Source of the DNA: a virus
Taxonomy: Duplodnaviria; Caudoviricetes
IMG/VR virus record: IMGVR_UViG_3300016474_000648
Coordinates: 1-34,659 of that record
Direction: 5' to 3' (one strand)
DNA length: 34,659 nt
Shown piece after piece: positions 8,610 to 19,587 of this stretch (position 1 is its first letter; each line of letters starts with the position of its first letter). A model generated the notes under the pieces. The model had not been told where the DNA came from and did not search any database. It worked only from the letters and a program-made list of their open reading frames with translations. Position numbers and translations under genes: made by a program.

Positions 8610-9494
8610 TTATTTATCCATATTAATAACTATATTCATATCAACTGTTCTACTTGTAGGTATAGGTTGGGCTAATTTACCTACAGCTAATAATTCATTG
8701 TTTGAATTATAAAGTCCAACTGCTGTCACATATGGAGAAAATGCGGATCCAGTTACAAAATCAACCACATCTCCACTAACATTAACTGTTAAACCATTTG
8801 AATTGACAGGATTTGTATATTCAGAGCCTGATAGTAATGTTGGGTTTAATGAATAATTAAATTCATCAGGTCTAATAGTACATTTATATTGAGTTTCATA
8901 TACTGTTCTTGTGGAGCGAAAACTTACAGCACCCGGGGATCCTCCAAACACAAATGAATTAGCAATTGATTGATTTGTTATAATTATTATACCATGAGTA
9001 TATATAATATTACCTACATATTGCCCAGATGTATATAAATTACCTTGCCCATCATCATTAATTAACCCAAATGTTACACTTCCTGGTTTGATGTAATCTC
9101 CAAATAACGATTGAGGTATAATACCAACAGATATCACATTATTAGATCCAGTTGGAAAATATCTAACAGGATAAAGACTACTTTGTAGATAATTATCATA
9201 TCTACTATTAACATTAGCTGTTTGGCTACCTTCAATTACATTACCTTGATTATCAATTACAATAGAAGGTTGAGGATCATTAGGAAAAGTATTACTATAA
9301 TACAGTTGTTTTATAGAATTATATATTAATGAAGCTGAAGGCCAAGGAGATACATTAGTTAAATCACTAGCAGATCCATAAGAAGTATTTCTACCTCTAA
9401 GAAAAGTAATGGTAGCTGAATTAGTAGCATCTCCGTATACTATTAAAGGAGATACAATTATATCCTGTGATGTTAATGATTTGAAAGCACTCAT
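8610..9494 (-). CDS. virion structural protein, paralog 2
   Basis: EFNYSLNP...PYVTAVGLYNSNNELLAVGKLAQP. Confidence 0.65.
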   Translation of the reverse strand: MSAFKSLTSQDIIVSPLIVYGDATNSATITFLRGRNTSYGSASDLTNVSPWPSASLIYNSIKQLYYSNTFPNDPQPSIVIDNQGNVIEGSQTANVNSRYDNYLQSSLYPVRYFPTGSNNVISVGIIPQSLFGDYIKPGSVTFGLINDDGQGNLYTSGQYVGNIIYTHGIIIITNQSIANSFVFGGSPGAVSFRSTRTVYETQYKCTIRPDEFNYSLNPTLLSGSEYTNPVNSNGLTVNVSGDVVDFVTGSAFSPYVTAVGLYNSNNELLAVGKLAQPIPTSRTVDMNIVINMDK

Positions 9495-9498
9495 TCAT

Positions 9499-10482
9499 TT
9501 AGAAATCTAACTTAACACGTATTAAAGCTTCTTTAGTGAAATCTTTTTTAAGTGGTTTTGATAGTTTAGCCACTGCTAGTAATTCATTATTATCATTATA
9601 CATTCCTACAGATGTAATATATGTAGTTGGATTTTGCACCCAAATGTTTTGCAAAATAGATCCGGCACTAGCTGAAACTGAGAAACTTGGGTTTACTGAG
9701 TAGTTAAATTCAGCGTTTCTGGCTCTGCAAAATATAAAATCAGATGTAACTGTCTCTTCACTTTGGAGGGCAAAAGAATCAATATCAGCGATTAATGCAG
9801 ATGGATTATTAGTAGCATTATTGTTAGATGCTCTATAAGCAGCTGACATACCCACAGAGGTTATAGCTACTGGGTTTAGGATTATAACGCCTATATCAGG
9901 TAAAAATAATCCATAATTTCCATTGGTTGATCCAGCAGGCATTACTCCATTTCCATTACTGCCTGATCCAAGATTATAAACTCTACCACAACTTAAATAA
10001 TTTACAACTGGAGTAATAGCACTATCGTCTGTTATAATAATATTACTACCGCCAAAACTTAATTGGAGACTTCCTGGAAGTAATGCTTGTTTATAACGTG
10101 CTCTATTAAATACTATAGCATAAAAATTTTCTTGAATTACTCCACCAAAATTAAATGATGCTCCTTCATCTTCTCCATATATTAAATTAAGAAATTGACC
10201 ATAGACTGTTCTTGTAGGGGATAATCCTGGTACTCCTGAATTATACCATAATGATCCTGATCCTTTAGAATCACCATATGCTACAGCAAATTGAACTTCA
10301 GCTTCAGGATTGGTGGTTATTTGATCATAAGCATTAACATAATATCGACCACTTTGTCCTGTGATTTGAGAAGTATTAGTATAAAAAGCAGTTAATGATG
10401 CTGAGTAGTTTGACCACACTGGGGCAGCTATAGAATCAGCACTTACTAAAATATCCTCAGGATCTAATCTTTTAAATGACAT
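9499..10482 (-). CDS. virion structural protein, paralog 3
   Basis: EFNYSVNP...PTTYITSVGMYNDNNELLAVAKLSKP; N-terminus similar to 7768..8607. Confidence 0.65.
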   Translation of the reverse strand: MSFKRLDPEDILVSADSIAAPVWSNYSASLTAFYTNTSQITGQSGRYYVNAYDQITTNPEAEVQFAVAYGDSKGSGSLWYNSGVPGLSPTRTVYGQFLNLIYGEDEGASFNFGGVIQENFYAIVFNRARYKQALLPGSLQLSFGGSNIIITDDSAITPVVNYLSCGRVYNLGSGSNGNGVMPAGSTNGNYGLFLPDIGVIILNPVAITSVGMSAAYRASNNNATNNPSALIADIDSFALQSEETVTSDFIFCRARNAEFNYSVNPSFSVSASAGSILQNIWVQNPTTYITSVGMYNDNNELLAVAKLSKPLKKDFTKEALIRVKLDF

Positions 10483-10493
10483 GTTTTAATATA

Positions 10494-11159
10494 TTAACAA
10501 TTTGTATTTTTATTTATTTGAACAGGAACTGTAATTCTAGCTCCACTATCTCTACCTATAACAGTTAATGAAGTAGATAATTGAGTTACTCCTGCAGGGA
10601 ATAATACATTCACTGTTGTAGCTGTTAAATTGAGAGTAGTACCAACTACTGTTTTAGAAACAGCAGCTCCTATAGTTGAAGTTGAATTTAAAGCGGTTGC
10701 TTGGGCTGTATTAATACCTACACCGTTAAAATTACTTAATAGTCGTACATCACCAATAGTAGCAACATATCCTGATGATTCATATGTTTGAGTACCACCT
10801 AAATAATTAAGTGTTTGAGGAGTAATAGCTACTGAGGCGCCTTGGTATAAGGAAATTATTTGGTAACCAACATCTAAAATAGGCAATTTAGAGGTACCTC
10901 TAGGGAGAGTAGTAAGCAAATATTTCATTGCTTGTGTTTCATCAGAAAATGCTTCTAATAAAGGCATACCATCAATTGCTCGTCCGTAATACGCTGATCC
11001 TTGAGGATCATTAGGATTCCATAAGGTATAATCAATTTCATCATCTGATAAGGCAAATTGTGTGATTCTAAAAGAACCATCATTTTTAGCTAACAATTCT
11101 CTACCTTTCCTTGTTAAAATAGCGTCAACTGTAACTAATGAATTATTAAGATATCCCAT
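10494..11159 (-). CDS. putative baseplate structural protein
   Basis: VDAILTRKGRELLA...ITQFALSDDEIDY, resembling the LTxxG N-terminal motif of tail-collar/baseplate proteins; module context. Confidence 0.6.
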   Translation of the reverse strand: MGYLNNSLVTVDAILTRKGRELLAKNDGSFRITQFALSDDEIDYTLWNPNDPQGSAYYGRAIDGMPLLEAFSDETQAMKYLLTTLPRGTSKLPILDVGYQIISLYQGASVAITPQTLNYLGGTQTYESSGYVATIGDVRLLSNFNGVGINTAQATALNSTSTIGAAVSKTVVGTTLNLTATTVNVLFPAGVTQLSTSLTVIGRDSGARITVPVQINKNTNC

Positions 11160-11179
11160 TTTTTATAGATTATTTTATT

Positions 11180-11187
11180 ATAAATAT
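11180..11187 (-). promoter_or_regulatory. ATATTTAT motif, candidate late promoter
   Basis: Recurrent intergenic motif; 20 nt upstream of the ATG at 11159. Confidence 0.5.
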
Positions 11188-12809
11188 TAATTAATTATTT
11201 CTTTCTCAGTTAATGTTTGAATTATTTTATCATATTTTTGTACTAATTCTTTAGATATAAATTCAGGTTGAAGGATTCCAGAAAAAGCACCTCCAGGAGC
11301 ATCTTTTTTAACATCTAGAGTAATATATACTCCATCATTTAATACTCGATAAATTACAAAATGGTTTAAATCTAAATAAAAATCTCCAATAGTAATCGGT
11401 TGATCTAAAGTACTTAAAGCAGGAGTGACAAATAATGATAAAGTAGATAAAGAACCATAATCAAGCAATCTAGTTCTAAATATAGTATAGATTTGATCTT
11501 TTCTATATTCAAATCTTATAAAATCACCAGCTTTTACATCACTAAATGGTATTTTAATATCAGAAAAACCCATTAAAGCTGAAGCAGAATCAAGATTTTG
11601 GGTTTGACCTGATTGCCACATAGCTGTTAACTCTGGTGAGCATGTTAGGATTGAGTATCCACCATTTATAGTATTAGGAGAGTTAGTACCTCCATCAAAA
11701 TAATCAGAAGTGACTATATTAACATTAGGTATTAAAGCTACTTCTGTTGATTCAGTAGTCACACCAGCTGGGGTTTCTTGTTGGATATACAAAATACTTT
11801 GATTACGACCACCTGCTACTCCTTTAACTTTAATTTTACGACTATTTCTATCATCTGATACTGCAGCATGAACTTGAAAAACATCATTTTCATTATAATC
11901 AAAATAAGATGACCAACCTGTTGAATATACACCTCCTTCACCATCAAGAATAGTTTGGTTTGGGGCTTCAGAACCAATAGGTCCAAGCATACTTCTATTG
12001 TCAATTATAATATTACTATTTTGGTATACTCTAATCCAGACTGTATTAAAAGGATCAGCGCCTCCTGATCCCCATGTTTCTTCAAGATATAAATCAATTC
12101 TAAGACGTATACGAGTATTAGTTTCAACTGAGCTACTTAAAATTCGTTTTGATGAAAGAGAAGGGGTAACATTCTCCCAAGCTGGGGATAGGAGAAGTTC
12201 ATAATCAAAATCAATAGCGTTATATTCAAGAGTTCCTCCTATTTCATATTCATCTCCGGTATATTGAAATTGAGTAGTTACATTAGCTACTGTATTAGTG
12301 ATAGTAGTAGTAGGTGTGTTTGAGGTTTGAGTTGATAATGAACCAAAACTCATAGTAGTAATATAATCCTGTTTGTTTTCTCCTGTTTCAGTTACTAAAA
12401 TAGGTACTATTCTTCCAACATGGGCTATTCTATGTGTACCTTGTAGTATTTCAGCATTAGGTATTTCATCTAATGTAGGATCAGATTCAATTAGTTTAAC
12501 AACAGCATTTTTTCCAACTTCAAAATTATCAGTTAAATTATATAATCCTACAGCTTGAGGGCTATCAGCTGTTGTAAAAGGTTCAGGGTTAACAACATTA
12601 CCTTCTGTATCAATTAAATATTTTATAAAGTAAGCTGTTCCATCTATATATTCAGGACCTGTTCCTCCTACACCATCAAAATAAGCAAAATATGTTTGAT
12701 TCTGTTCTGCTACAGCTTGTTTAGGTGTAGTTCCATAATGGAATTTTTGGGTTCGCAAAACATCTAAATTACCAGGATTTTGTTGAGCGTAAGCGTTAAA
12801 TGAAGGCAT
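11187..12809 (-). CDS. putative virion structural protein
   Basis: 540 aa, beta-rich, Thr/Ser/Gly-rich; inside the baseplate module. Confidence 0.55.
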   Translation of the reverse strand: MPSFNAYAQQNPGNLDVLRTQKFHYGTTPKQAVAEQNQTYFAYFDGVGGTGPEYIDGTAYFIKYLIDTEGNVVNPEPFTTADSPQAVGLYNLTDNFEVGKNAVVKLIESDPTLDEIPNAEILQGTHRIAHVGRIVPILVTETGENKQDYITTMSFGSLSTQTSNTPTTTITNTVANVTTQFQYTGDEYEIGGTLEYNAIDFDYELLLSPAWENVTPSLSSKRILSSSVETNTRIRLRIDLYLEETWGSGGADPFNTVWIRVYQNSNIIIDNRSMLGPIGSEAPNQTILDGEGGVYSTGWSSYFDYNENDVFQVHAAVSDDRNSRKIKVKGVAGGRNQSILYIQQETPAGVTTESTEVALIPNVNIVTSDYFDGGTNSPNTINGGYSILTCSPELTAMWQSGQTQNLDSASALMGFSDIKIPFSDVKAGDFIRFEYRKDQIYTIFRTRLLDYGSLSTLSLFVTPALSTLDQPITIGDFYLDLNHFVIYRVLNDGVYITLDVKKDAPGGAFSGILQPEFISKELVQKYDKIIQTLTEKEIIN

Positions 12810-12820
12810 AATCTTTATTT

Positions 12821-13414
12821 TTAATATGGTACATTAAAATCACGTGAACTTTGTCTTGACCCATTATATCTAATATTAGACCAAGCTGGTGAAGCATAAT
12901 TTGAATCTTGAACTGGGGCTCTATCAGCAGTTCCTGATATAATTAATCCAAAGTTATAAGGGGTTGTTATACCAATAGAATAATCAACATCCATATATTT
13001 AGCTGAATATTGGGGGGTAGATGCGTTGTTTATAAGAGCATCATAATCACCGTTTGTAAAAGGAATTGTATAACGACGAGTTGATAAAAAACCTCCAGGA
13101 GTAAGTATTCCAGGGGAGTAATAATTTCTAGATATACCCGGATCAAAGAGGGCAGATAAACTATATGTGAAAGTATTATCACTAGGTGATAAAGGTTGAG
13201 GATAAATAGAAAATATATAATGGTTTGTTTGTTGTTGACGATCTAAAATAATATATTCAATTGGCCCTCCATTACTTGTGGGCCACGGTATAACAAAAGA
13301 TTGTATAGTATCAAGATAATTACGTATATCATTTCCGCTGCTATCAACATTACTGATTTTAGCTAGTTTAACGCCATTATTAAAAGTATAATTCCAATTT
13401 ATATTAGTAGGCAT
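12821..13414 (-). CDS. putative virion structural protein
   Basis: 197 aa; module context and composition. Confidence 0.55.
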   Translation of the reverse strand: MPTNINWNYTFNNGVKLAKISNVDSSGNDIRNYLDTIQSFVIPWPTSNGGPIEYIILDRQQQTNHYIFSIYPQPLSPSDNTFTYSLSALFDPGISRNYYSPGILTPGGFLSTRRYTIPFTNGDYDALINNASTPQYSAKYMDVDYSIGITTPYNFGLIISGTADRAPVQDSNYASPAWSNIRYNGSRQSSRDFNVPY

Positions 13415-13431
13415 ATTTTTAATCTTTAAAT

Positions 13432-16230
13432 TTATCGAACATATCTCTCATCAACAGGAGGAAGTGGTGGGGCAGGATTAACTGTATTGCCCCCAATTGT
13501 AGGTCCACCATCTGGGGTTAAAGTATCAGGTGGTTGTAATATATTTGTGACATTAAAGGTACTTCCTTCATCATACCATAATAAAATAGCCCCATTAGGT
13601 ACCGCTAGATTAAGAAATGAAGCGCTAGTTGTATTTCGATAATGAGTGGTTAAATATGGGAATGCAGTATCAGAAGCATATTTCCAATCATTATCTATAT
13701 TTAATTCTCCATCAGTAGCAACAGTTGGATAATAAGGTAATTCCCCATTATAAAACTCAGTTTGATCTGTATGTAATGATTGAGTTAAACCTATAGGAGT
13801 TGTAATTATCTCAGTCCATACTTGAGAATTTGATGGATTTGTCAAAGTATTAAATTCATCAAAAGTACCACCTGTTCCTCCTTCAATAAAAGCAGTATCA
13901 ATTAATCCATTATAAATACTACTACTAAAGAAAACTTGAGGTTGAACAATTTTACTTCTTTCTAATAAGTGTGGTTTAATAGTAATGCCTGATTTTAGAT
14001 TTGTCCTTGCTGGGATAAAATCTTTAATCATGTTAAATAATGAATTATCAAAATATTTTATTAAACGAATATAAGCTATAGGTTTAAACTCATTATTAGC
14101 ACTTAATAAAGCACTAGCTCTAGCATATAAATCCGGATAATAAGGTAAAAAGGTTTGGGTTGGGTCACCAATATATGTTCCTATATCAAAAATTCCTTGA
14201 GAATTAATATAATTGTCTATATCATTTTGAGGTGAAAATGTTATTTCTACTGTGTTAACACTAGGTGATAAGGAGTGATTTTCTGATTGGGGGGCAAAAT
14301 TAATACTATCATATCCACCAAGTATACTTTTTTGGTTAGATAAAACAAATTTAGGAGTAAAAGTATAAGTATTACTTGTTGTATTTGGGGGTATAATAGG
14401 ATAAAACGATTGGGACATTTGAGCAGATGTTAATATTTGTATATTATCATCTACAATATCTTTAATACCTGTTATTGATTTGTTATTATCCCATACCCCT
14501 CCAAATTCATTAACTGTTAAAATAGAACTAGTGATACCAAACATACTAATAATGTTTTGCAAACCAGCTACTGTTCCTTTGGATTTTAATAAATAAGGTA
14601 AATTATGATAAATACGTTTATACATCTCCTTATTAACATCATCTATAGGAGTATAAAAAGATTGCTGAGAAGCAGTATAGTATGTATCTATAAATTCTCC
14701 GTCATATCCAGTTGGGAGTGGATTTGGGGATTTAGAACGTGTATAACTTCCAGGATTAAATCCAGTGAAAGCATCAAATAAGTCACTGACTGAAAAATTG
14801 TTTTGGTAAATTTTTAACCCAAATGATTTGATAGCATCTGCTACTAAATCTTTAGATATACCAAATTCTAATCTATTATCCCCACTATAACGGTTTGATA
14901 CATCTTTATAGTAAATCCATATATTGTCATAATATTGGCCTACCATATCAACAAATATCTTATATGGGTCGTTTTGAGGATCGTCTGTTAAATAAGTAGG
15001 TATAGTATTAATTAAATAATCTTTATTGAATCCATCATAAATAGAAGCACTTTCTATTAATTTATTATACCAATTTAATACTGTATCATCACCACTAGCA
15101 ACTAAAACATAAGGTGGTGAAGATGTTTTTTTAGGATAAGTTATTGAACCAGATGAAAAATAAAGAAAATATTCAAAACCATCAAAGTTTTTAATTACAT
15201 TAGATATTTTTTCTTGTAAAATAACTGTACTAGATGTAATGGCAGTATTAGCAGCATTTACTATCTCTAAACTATTATTATATTCTTCAATTAATTGAAC
15301 TTTATAATAGAAATTTTCAACACGAGATTTAGCTGAAGAGAAATGAACAAAATTAGAAAAATCTGTATAATCAGTTCCTATGCTAACACTTTTGTCTTCT
15401 AAGTAGGATAAAATTTGATCATATGATGATACTAAACTTGTATTTAATAATTGTTCATAATTAGTATAATTAGTTGAATTATTAGTTCTATTTTTAACAG
15501 GTAAATCAAAATTAGGACTTTTAAGAGTAGGTTTAGTAACTATAGGAACTATTACTTCTGGTTGGAATTGTATGTTAAATGCTAAAGAATCAGCAGTTTG
15601 AGTGACAATCCATAAAGTATCTTTTAATCTAAATTGAGTAGGTAATGGTTCATATAAATTAATAAGGATCTCATACTTAAGTTTTGTAGTATCAACTAAT
15701 ATATTATTAGCTATAACTAAATTATTACTACCGAAATTAAGATAAAAATCTTGGAAATACTGAGGGTTTGAGTTTAAAATACTTTTAAAATCATTAACAA
15801 GAATTTCTAAAGTAGTATTAGTTAAAGCATTGGTACCTAATCTTAACTCTGTTCTATCACCTGAAATCTCTTTTATATAAAAAATTCTATCTTCTGGGGA
15901 AGAATTTAATTCTTTTCGTAAAAAGTTATAAATAACATTATATTCACCGTTACTAAAACCTTTATCTCTTAAATCTTTTTCTGGGTTGAGGTTAATGCTA
16001 AAAACAGCTCCATCAGCAGCATTATTACTAGTTACAGTAATATTGGTTAAATCTTGTTCAGTTATTTGAAAATCCCTATTTGGAGATACTATTGTATATT
16101 CAACATAATCTCCTTTACTAGGATCAAAAATAGGATTAATCACTTCAGGTGATAAAACAGATATATCCTGAGGTGAGTATGTTTGAATTTCTAGTGTAGT
16201 AGGGTCTATGTTAGTTACAAGAGTAGCCAT
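13432..16230 (-). CDS. large baseplate wedge-like protein (gp7-like position)
   Basis: YLLKSKGTVAGLQNIISMFGI resembles the KGT motif of gp7/P2 gpI-type wedge proteins; MIKDFIPART. Confidence 0.6.
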   Translation of the reverse strand: MATLVTNIDPTTLEIQTYSPQDISVLSPEVINPIFDPSKGDYVEYTIVSPNRDFQITEQDLTNITVTSNNAADGAVFSINLNPEKDLRDKGFSNGEYNVIYNFLRKELNSSPEDRIFYIKEISGDRTELRLGTNALTNTTLEILVNDFKSILNSNPQYFQDFYLNFGSNNLVIANNILVDTTKLKYEILINLYEPLPTQFRLKDTLWIVTQTADSLAFNIQFQPEVIVPIVTKPTLKSPNFDLPVKNRTNNSTNYTNYEQLLNTSLVSSYDQILSYLEDKSVSIGTDYTDFSNFVHFSSAKSRVENFYYKVQLIEEYNNSLEIVNAANTAITSSTVILQEKISNVIKNFDGFEYFLYFSSGSITYPKKTSSPPYVLVASGDDTVLNWYNKLIESASIYDGFNKDYLINTIPTYLTDDPQNDPYKIFVDMVGQYYDNIWIYYKDVSNRYSGDNRLEFGISKDLVADAIKSFGLKIYQNNFSVSDLFDAFTGFNPGSYTRSKSPNPLPTGYDGEFIDTYYTASQQSFYTPIDDVNKEMYKRIYHNLPYLLKSKGTVAGLQNIISMFGITSSILTVNEFGGVWDNNKSITGIKDIVDDNIQILTSAQMSQSFYPIIPPNTTSNTYTFTPKFVLSNQKSILGGYDSINFAPQSENHSLSPSVNTVEITFSPQNDIDNYINSQGIFDIGTYIGDPTQTFLPYYPDLYARASALLSANNEFKPIAYIRLIKYFDNSLFNMIKDFIPARTNLKSGITIKPHLLERSKIVQPQVFFSSSIYNGLIDTAFIEGGTGGTFDEFNTLTNPSNSQVWTEIITTPIGLTQSLHTDQTEFYNGELPYYPTVATDGELNIDNDWKYASDTAFPYLTTHYRNTTSASFLNLAVPNGAILLWYDEGSTFNVTNILQPPDTLTPDGGPTIGGNTVNPAPPLPPVDERYVR

Positions 16231-16233
16231 TTA

Positions 16234-16602
16234 TTATAATGTTGGAACGTTTATTGAAGTTGGGATACTAGATGATATTTGTAGGGTTATAATTTGTTGA
16301 TTAGCAGCTAATAGATCTTGTCTTAAAGTTGTTATTTCATCTAATAATAATTGTACATCTTCACTAGTTTGATCAGCATTTATATAATCTCCACTTTTAG
16401 CCACCAAGTAAGCATGTGAGTTTACATCACCTTGGGAAGGTATATCGTAAAAAAGAGTATTATAAAGATTAAAAAACTCAGTTACTGTTATAGTATCTGC
16501 TAAGGGAGGAGGTGGTACTGATACTTGAGAAAAATTAGTATCAATAGTATTCTCATAAGCCTCTTTATTAAAAACGGTTCTATTTAAAGAGTAATTAGCC
16601 AT
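16234..16602 (-). CDS. hypothetical structural-module protein with C-terminal coiled coil
   Basis: 122 aa; LLDEITTLRQDLLAANQQI. Confidence 0.6.
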   Translation of the reverse strand: MANYSLNRTVFNKEAYENTIDTNFSQVSVPPPPLADTITVTEFFNLYNTLFYDIPSQGDVNSHAYLVAKSGDYINADQTSEDVQLLLDEITTLRQDLLAANQQIITLQISSSIPTSINVPTL

Positions 16603-17716
16603 TTATTACTTTAAAATAATAATTGTTATCAAAAACTATTGTTGATCCATTTATAATACTTTTAATAAGTATTTTGTAATATCTTTCAGGCTCTAAACCA
16701 TTCATATATAATGTAAAATAACTACTTTGGTTATCAACACTTAATTGAGTATATTGGTTATCGAAATCTACAACAAATTCATTAGTATCCAAGTCTTTTA
16801 TAGCATAATATGAAGATGTTGGTAAATAGTAATTTTGAGTAAAATATGAAGATGTTTGGAATGTCCTAGCTGGGTAAGTTGGTCTGCTATTGACTCTGAA
16901 TTTGTTAATACTTTCAGGGTAGAATATACCTACGTTTTCATCTATAGTTACTGTTGCTATAGTGGTATTTAATTCAGTTATAGTAGAAGAACCAGTATTA
17001 TAATTATAATCTCTCCATTTGAATTCTAATTGTGGAGGATAAATAGTGCTAGTATCTCTAGAAAAGAACTGCATTTTAATTTGATAGTTCTCATCATCAA
17101 CAAATTCAACAGCTTGTTTAACTATTAATCCATTATTAACTATTGATCCACTATGCCAAGCTTTAACCATGTTAGTGATATCAGTATTGATATCACCAGA
17201 ATCAGTATAAGCAAAACTTTGAGTTGAAAATATTGGTAACACAGTAGCATTTGAAGAACTATAGTACCAATTACCCCCACCTAAAGTACCACTATATGAA
17301 GCTGTTACATTAGCTGGGTAACCACTTGTTATCCAAGCATTACTACCAGAATATGATCTCCATCCCCAGCTAACACCATTTTGTATTTCAGGATTATAAT
17401 TATACTTTCCAGTTCCCATATCCCAGGAACTAAAAATAGGATAAAACTCAAGTTGAGTGTCTAAATTTAATCCTTCTAAATTAGCTAAAAATCCTCTAAA
17501 ATTAGCCTGCCATTGTGAACTACTAATTTTATTAATGATAACATCATTGATTTCAGTATTATCAAACTGGATTAAAAATCTACTAGTTTGAGGTAAAGCA
17601 GAAGCATTAATGATTGAAGTAGAGGATTCTATAATTTCATCTAATCCAGTATTTCTACTAGGATATAATGAATAAATGGTAGCATCTTTAGTTGGAAATA
17701 TTTTATAAACAGCCAT
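16595..17716 (-). CDS. putative virion structural protein (DNRLRE-like beta domain)
   Basis: KDATIYS..P.RNTG...SRFLIQFD...DITNMVKAW....NNGLIVK...F.S......PQL pattern. Confidence 0.55.
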   Translation of the reverse strand: MAVYKIFPTKDATIYSLYPSRNTGLDEIIESSTSIINASALPQTSRFLIQFDNTEINDVIINKISSSQWQANFRGFLANLEGLNLDTQLEFYPIFSSWDMGTGKYNYNPEIQNGVSWGWRSYSGSNAWITSGYPANVTASYSGTLGGGNWYYSSSNATVLPIFSTQSFAYTDSGDINTDITNMVKAWHSGSIVNNGLIVKQAVEFVDDENYQIKMQFFSRDTSTIYPPQLEFKWRDYNYNTGSSTITELNTTIATVTIDENVGIFYPESINKFRVNSRPTYPARTFQTSSYFTQNYYLPTSSYYAIKDLDTNEFVVDFDNQYTQLSVDNQSSYFTLYMNGLEPERYYKILIKSIINGSTIVFDNNYYFKVING

Positions 17717-17725
17717 TTTTTAATT

Positions 17726-17733
17726 ATAAATAT
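17726..17733 (-). promoter_or_regulatory. ATATTTAT motif, candidate late promoter
   Basis: 9 nt upstream of the ATG at 17716. Confidence 0.5.
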
Positions 17734-17738
17734 AAAAA

Positions 17739-19586
17739 TTATAAAGATACAACACGTCCTTTAATATCACTATCAGGATATTTGACTTCAAATATCATTG
17801 GATCAATAGATGGGTATACTACATTACCTTTAGTTGCCCCGGGGATATCATAAGCATATGGGGAATAGTTAGCGCCTGATTTGTTAGATATAGTGACATT
17901 TTTAACTGTTTGAACTCCATCTATTTTATCAAGCATAACATATATATCTTTTAATATAATAGGTTCATTGATTTGCCATTTATCAATTTCAAAATAATTT
18001 TTAACAGCATTTATACATTTAAATAAAATATCATTGTTATTATAATTAGGTAAAACTATAATATCGAAATCAACACCAATGTTAATAACAAAGCCATCTC
18101 TAATTTTAATGGAATCATTAACTATTCTATATTGTGATAAGTATGTTTTTAAATTATTTTTTAAACTAGTTGAAGCATTTTTTAATCTTTTATTATTATC
18201 ATAAGCTAAAACATATAAGTTAATAGATGATAATGATTCACCGGGGAGTAAATTTTCTAATTTTTCAGGTTCAGCGTATATTTTAGATAAAGTCCCATAT
18301 TGTGGAGGCAAACTCATAGCTCTAACTAAATAGTCATCTTGAGTAACTGTTCTTAATTGAGCACCAAAAGCACCTAAAGAATTTTGTTTTATTTCTTCTG
18401 TTGTGTCACCATCTGAACCACCTGTAGCTGCTACTGGGTTTTGGGCTGTTACGGAATTTATAATATCGTCTTTTAAACCAGCGTCAGGTACTGCAGTAGG
18501 AATGGTTATATTTTTTTTAGTAGAAATACCGTTAAGTGAATTAGCTGGTATATTAGCAGTTACTCCTCCACCTGTTAGATATCTGATAGTTAAAACAGTA
18601 TTAGAAGGAGCTATACCATAAGTACTAGTATATAAGAAGTTAGCAGGGTCATAAGCTGTAGTTAGATTATTATCTACTGGATCTAGGCTATTTCCTACAT
18701 TAGTTGGATTGGGGATAATTTCTTCTTCAACATTAGCTGTTGTAGTACCTGCACCAAATTGAATTTGTAGGGTTGTTGGTGATGTGAATCTTGTTACAAA
18801 TCTTCTAGGTGCTTTAAGTAACTGTAATAAATAAGGTACTTCCCCAGAGTCTGAATTGGTATTTTTTATGTTATCATAAACCATTTCTTGGGCTAAATAA
18901 GGTACTTCATACCATTTATTACCACCACTATCTGTTATATCTAATATTCCTACTATATCAGCACTATTAATTTCTATTGTTTGAAAACGTTGAGGTGCAC
19001 CAAAAGTGAAAGTAGTTGTTTGGATATTAGCTGATATAGCTTTACGAGTTTTTTTAAGAAGATAAAATTCAGGTTGATTTGTAATTGTGTCTATAGTTAA
19101 AATACTAACTTGAGTAGGATCTAAAGAACTAGAGAATGAAAAATCAACTGTGTCTTGAATTATAAAGTTAGTTGTTCCAGCTAAACTAGAATTTAAGGCA
19201 GTATTATTATTAATAAAAACAGCGTATCTATAATCTGGGGCATAACCATTAGGAGTTGAAATGGAAGGTATTTGTTGGTATACATCAACATCAACAACTG
19301 CTACGCCTGTCACTTTAGGTTTATAACCTAACATATATGCTAAAGTATATAGATTATTTTGTTGTCTAGCAAATTGAATAAAATTTTCTTGTATTTGATT
19401 ATCAAGATAAAATGATAAAACATCACCAACATATGCTGACATTTCCAAGAATAACATCCCAGGAGATGAAGGGGAAAAGTCATTGTATGTTGATGGGAAA
19501 TATGTTTTAGTATACTCAATAAGAGCATTTCTTAATTCACCAAAATCTTTATTTACATATTTTATATCTCTATTCTCAGCTGCCAT
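17739..19586 (-). CDS. baseplate wedge subunit (T4 gp6 / baseplate J-like)
   Basis: KDFGELRNALIEY, YVGDVLSFYLD, LAYMLGYKP, IQFGAG, YLTGGG..AN, GGSDGDT.EEIK, RTVTQDDY. Confidence 0.88.
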   Translation of the reverse strand: MAAENRDIKYVNKDFGELRNALIEYTKTYFPSTYNDFSPSSPGMLFLEMSAYVGDVLSFYLDNQIQENFIQFARQQNNLYTLAYMLGYKPKVTGVAVVDVDVYQQIPSISTPNGYAPDYRYAVFINNNTALNSSLAGTTNFIIQDTVDFSFSSSLDPTQVSILTIDTITNQPEFYLLKKTRKAISANIQTTTFTFGAPQRFQTIEINSADIVGILDITDSGGNKWYEVPYLAQEMVYDNIKNTNSDSGEVPYLLQLLKAPRRFVTRFTSPTTLQIQFGAGTTTANVEEEIIPNPTNVGNSLDPVDNNLTTAYDPANFLYTSTYGIAPSNTVLTIRYLTGGGVTANIPANSLNGISTKKNITIPTAVPDAGLKDDIINSVTAQNPVAATGGSDGDTTEEIKQNSLGAFGAQLRTVTQDDYLVRAMSLPPQYGTLSKIYAEPEKLENLLPGESLSSINLYVLAYDNNKRLKNASTSLKNNLKTYLSQYRIVNDSIKIRDGFVINIGVDFDIIVLPNYNNNDILFKCINAVKNYFEIDKWQINEPIILKDIYVMLDKIDGVQTVKNVTISNKSGANYSPYAYDIPGATKGNVVYPSIDPMIFEVKYPDSDIKGRVVSL

Positions 19587-19587
19587 G

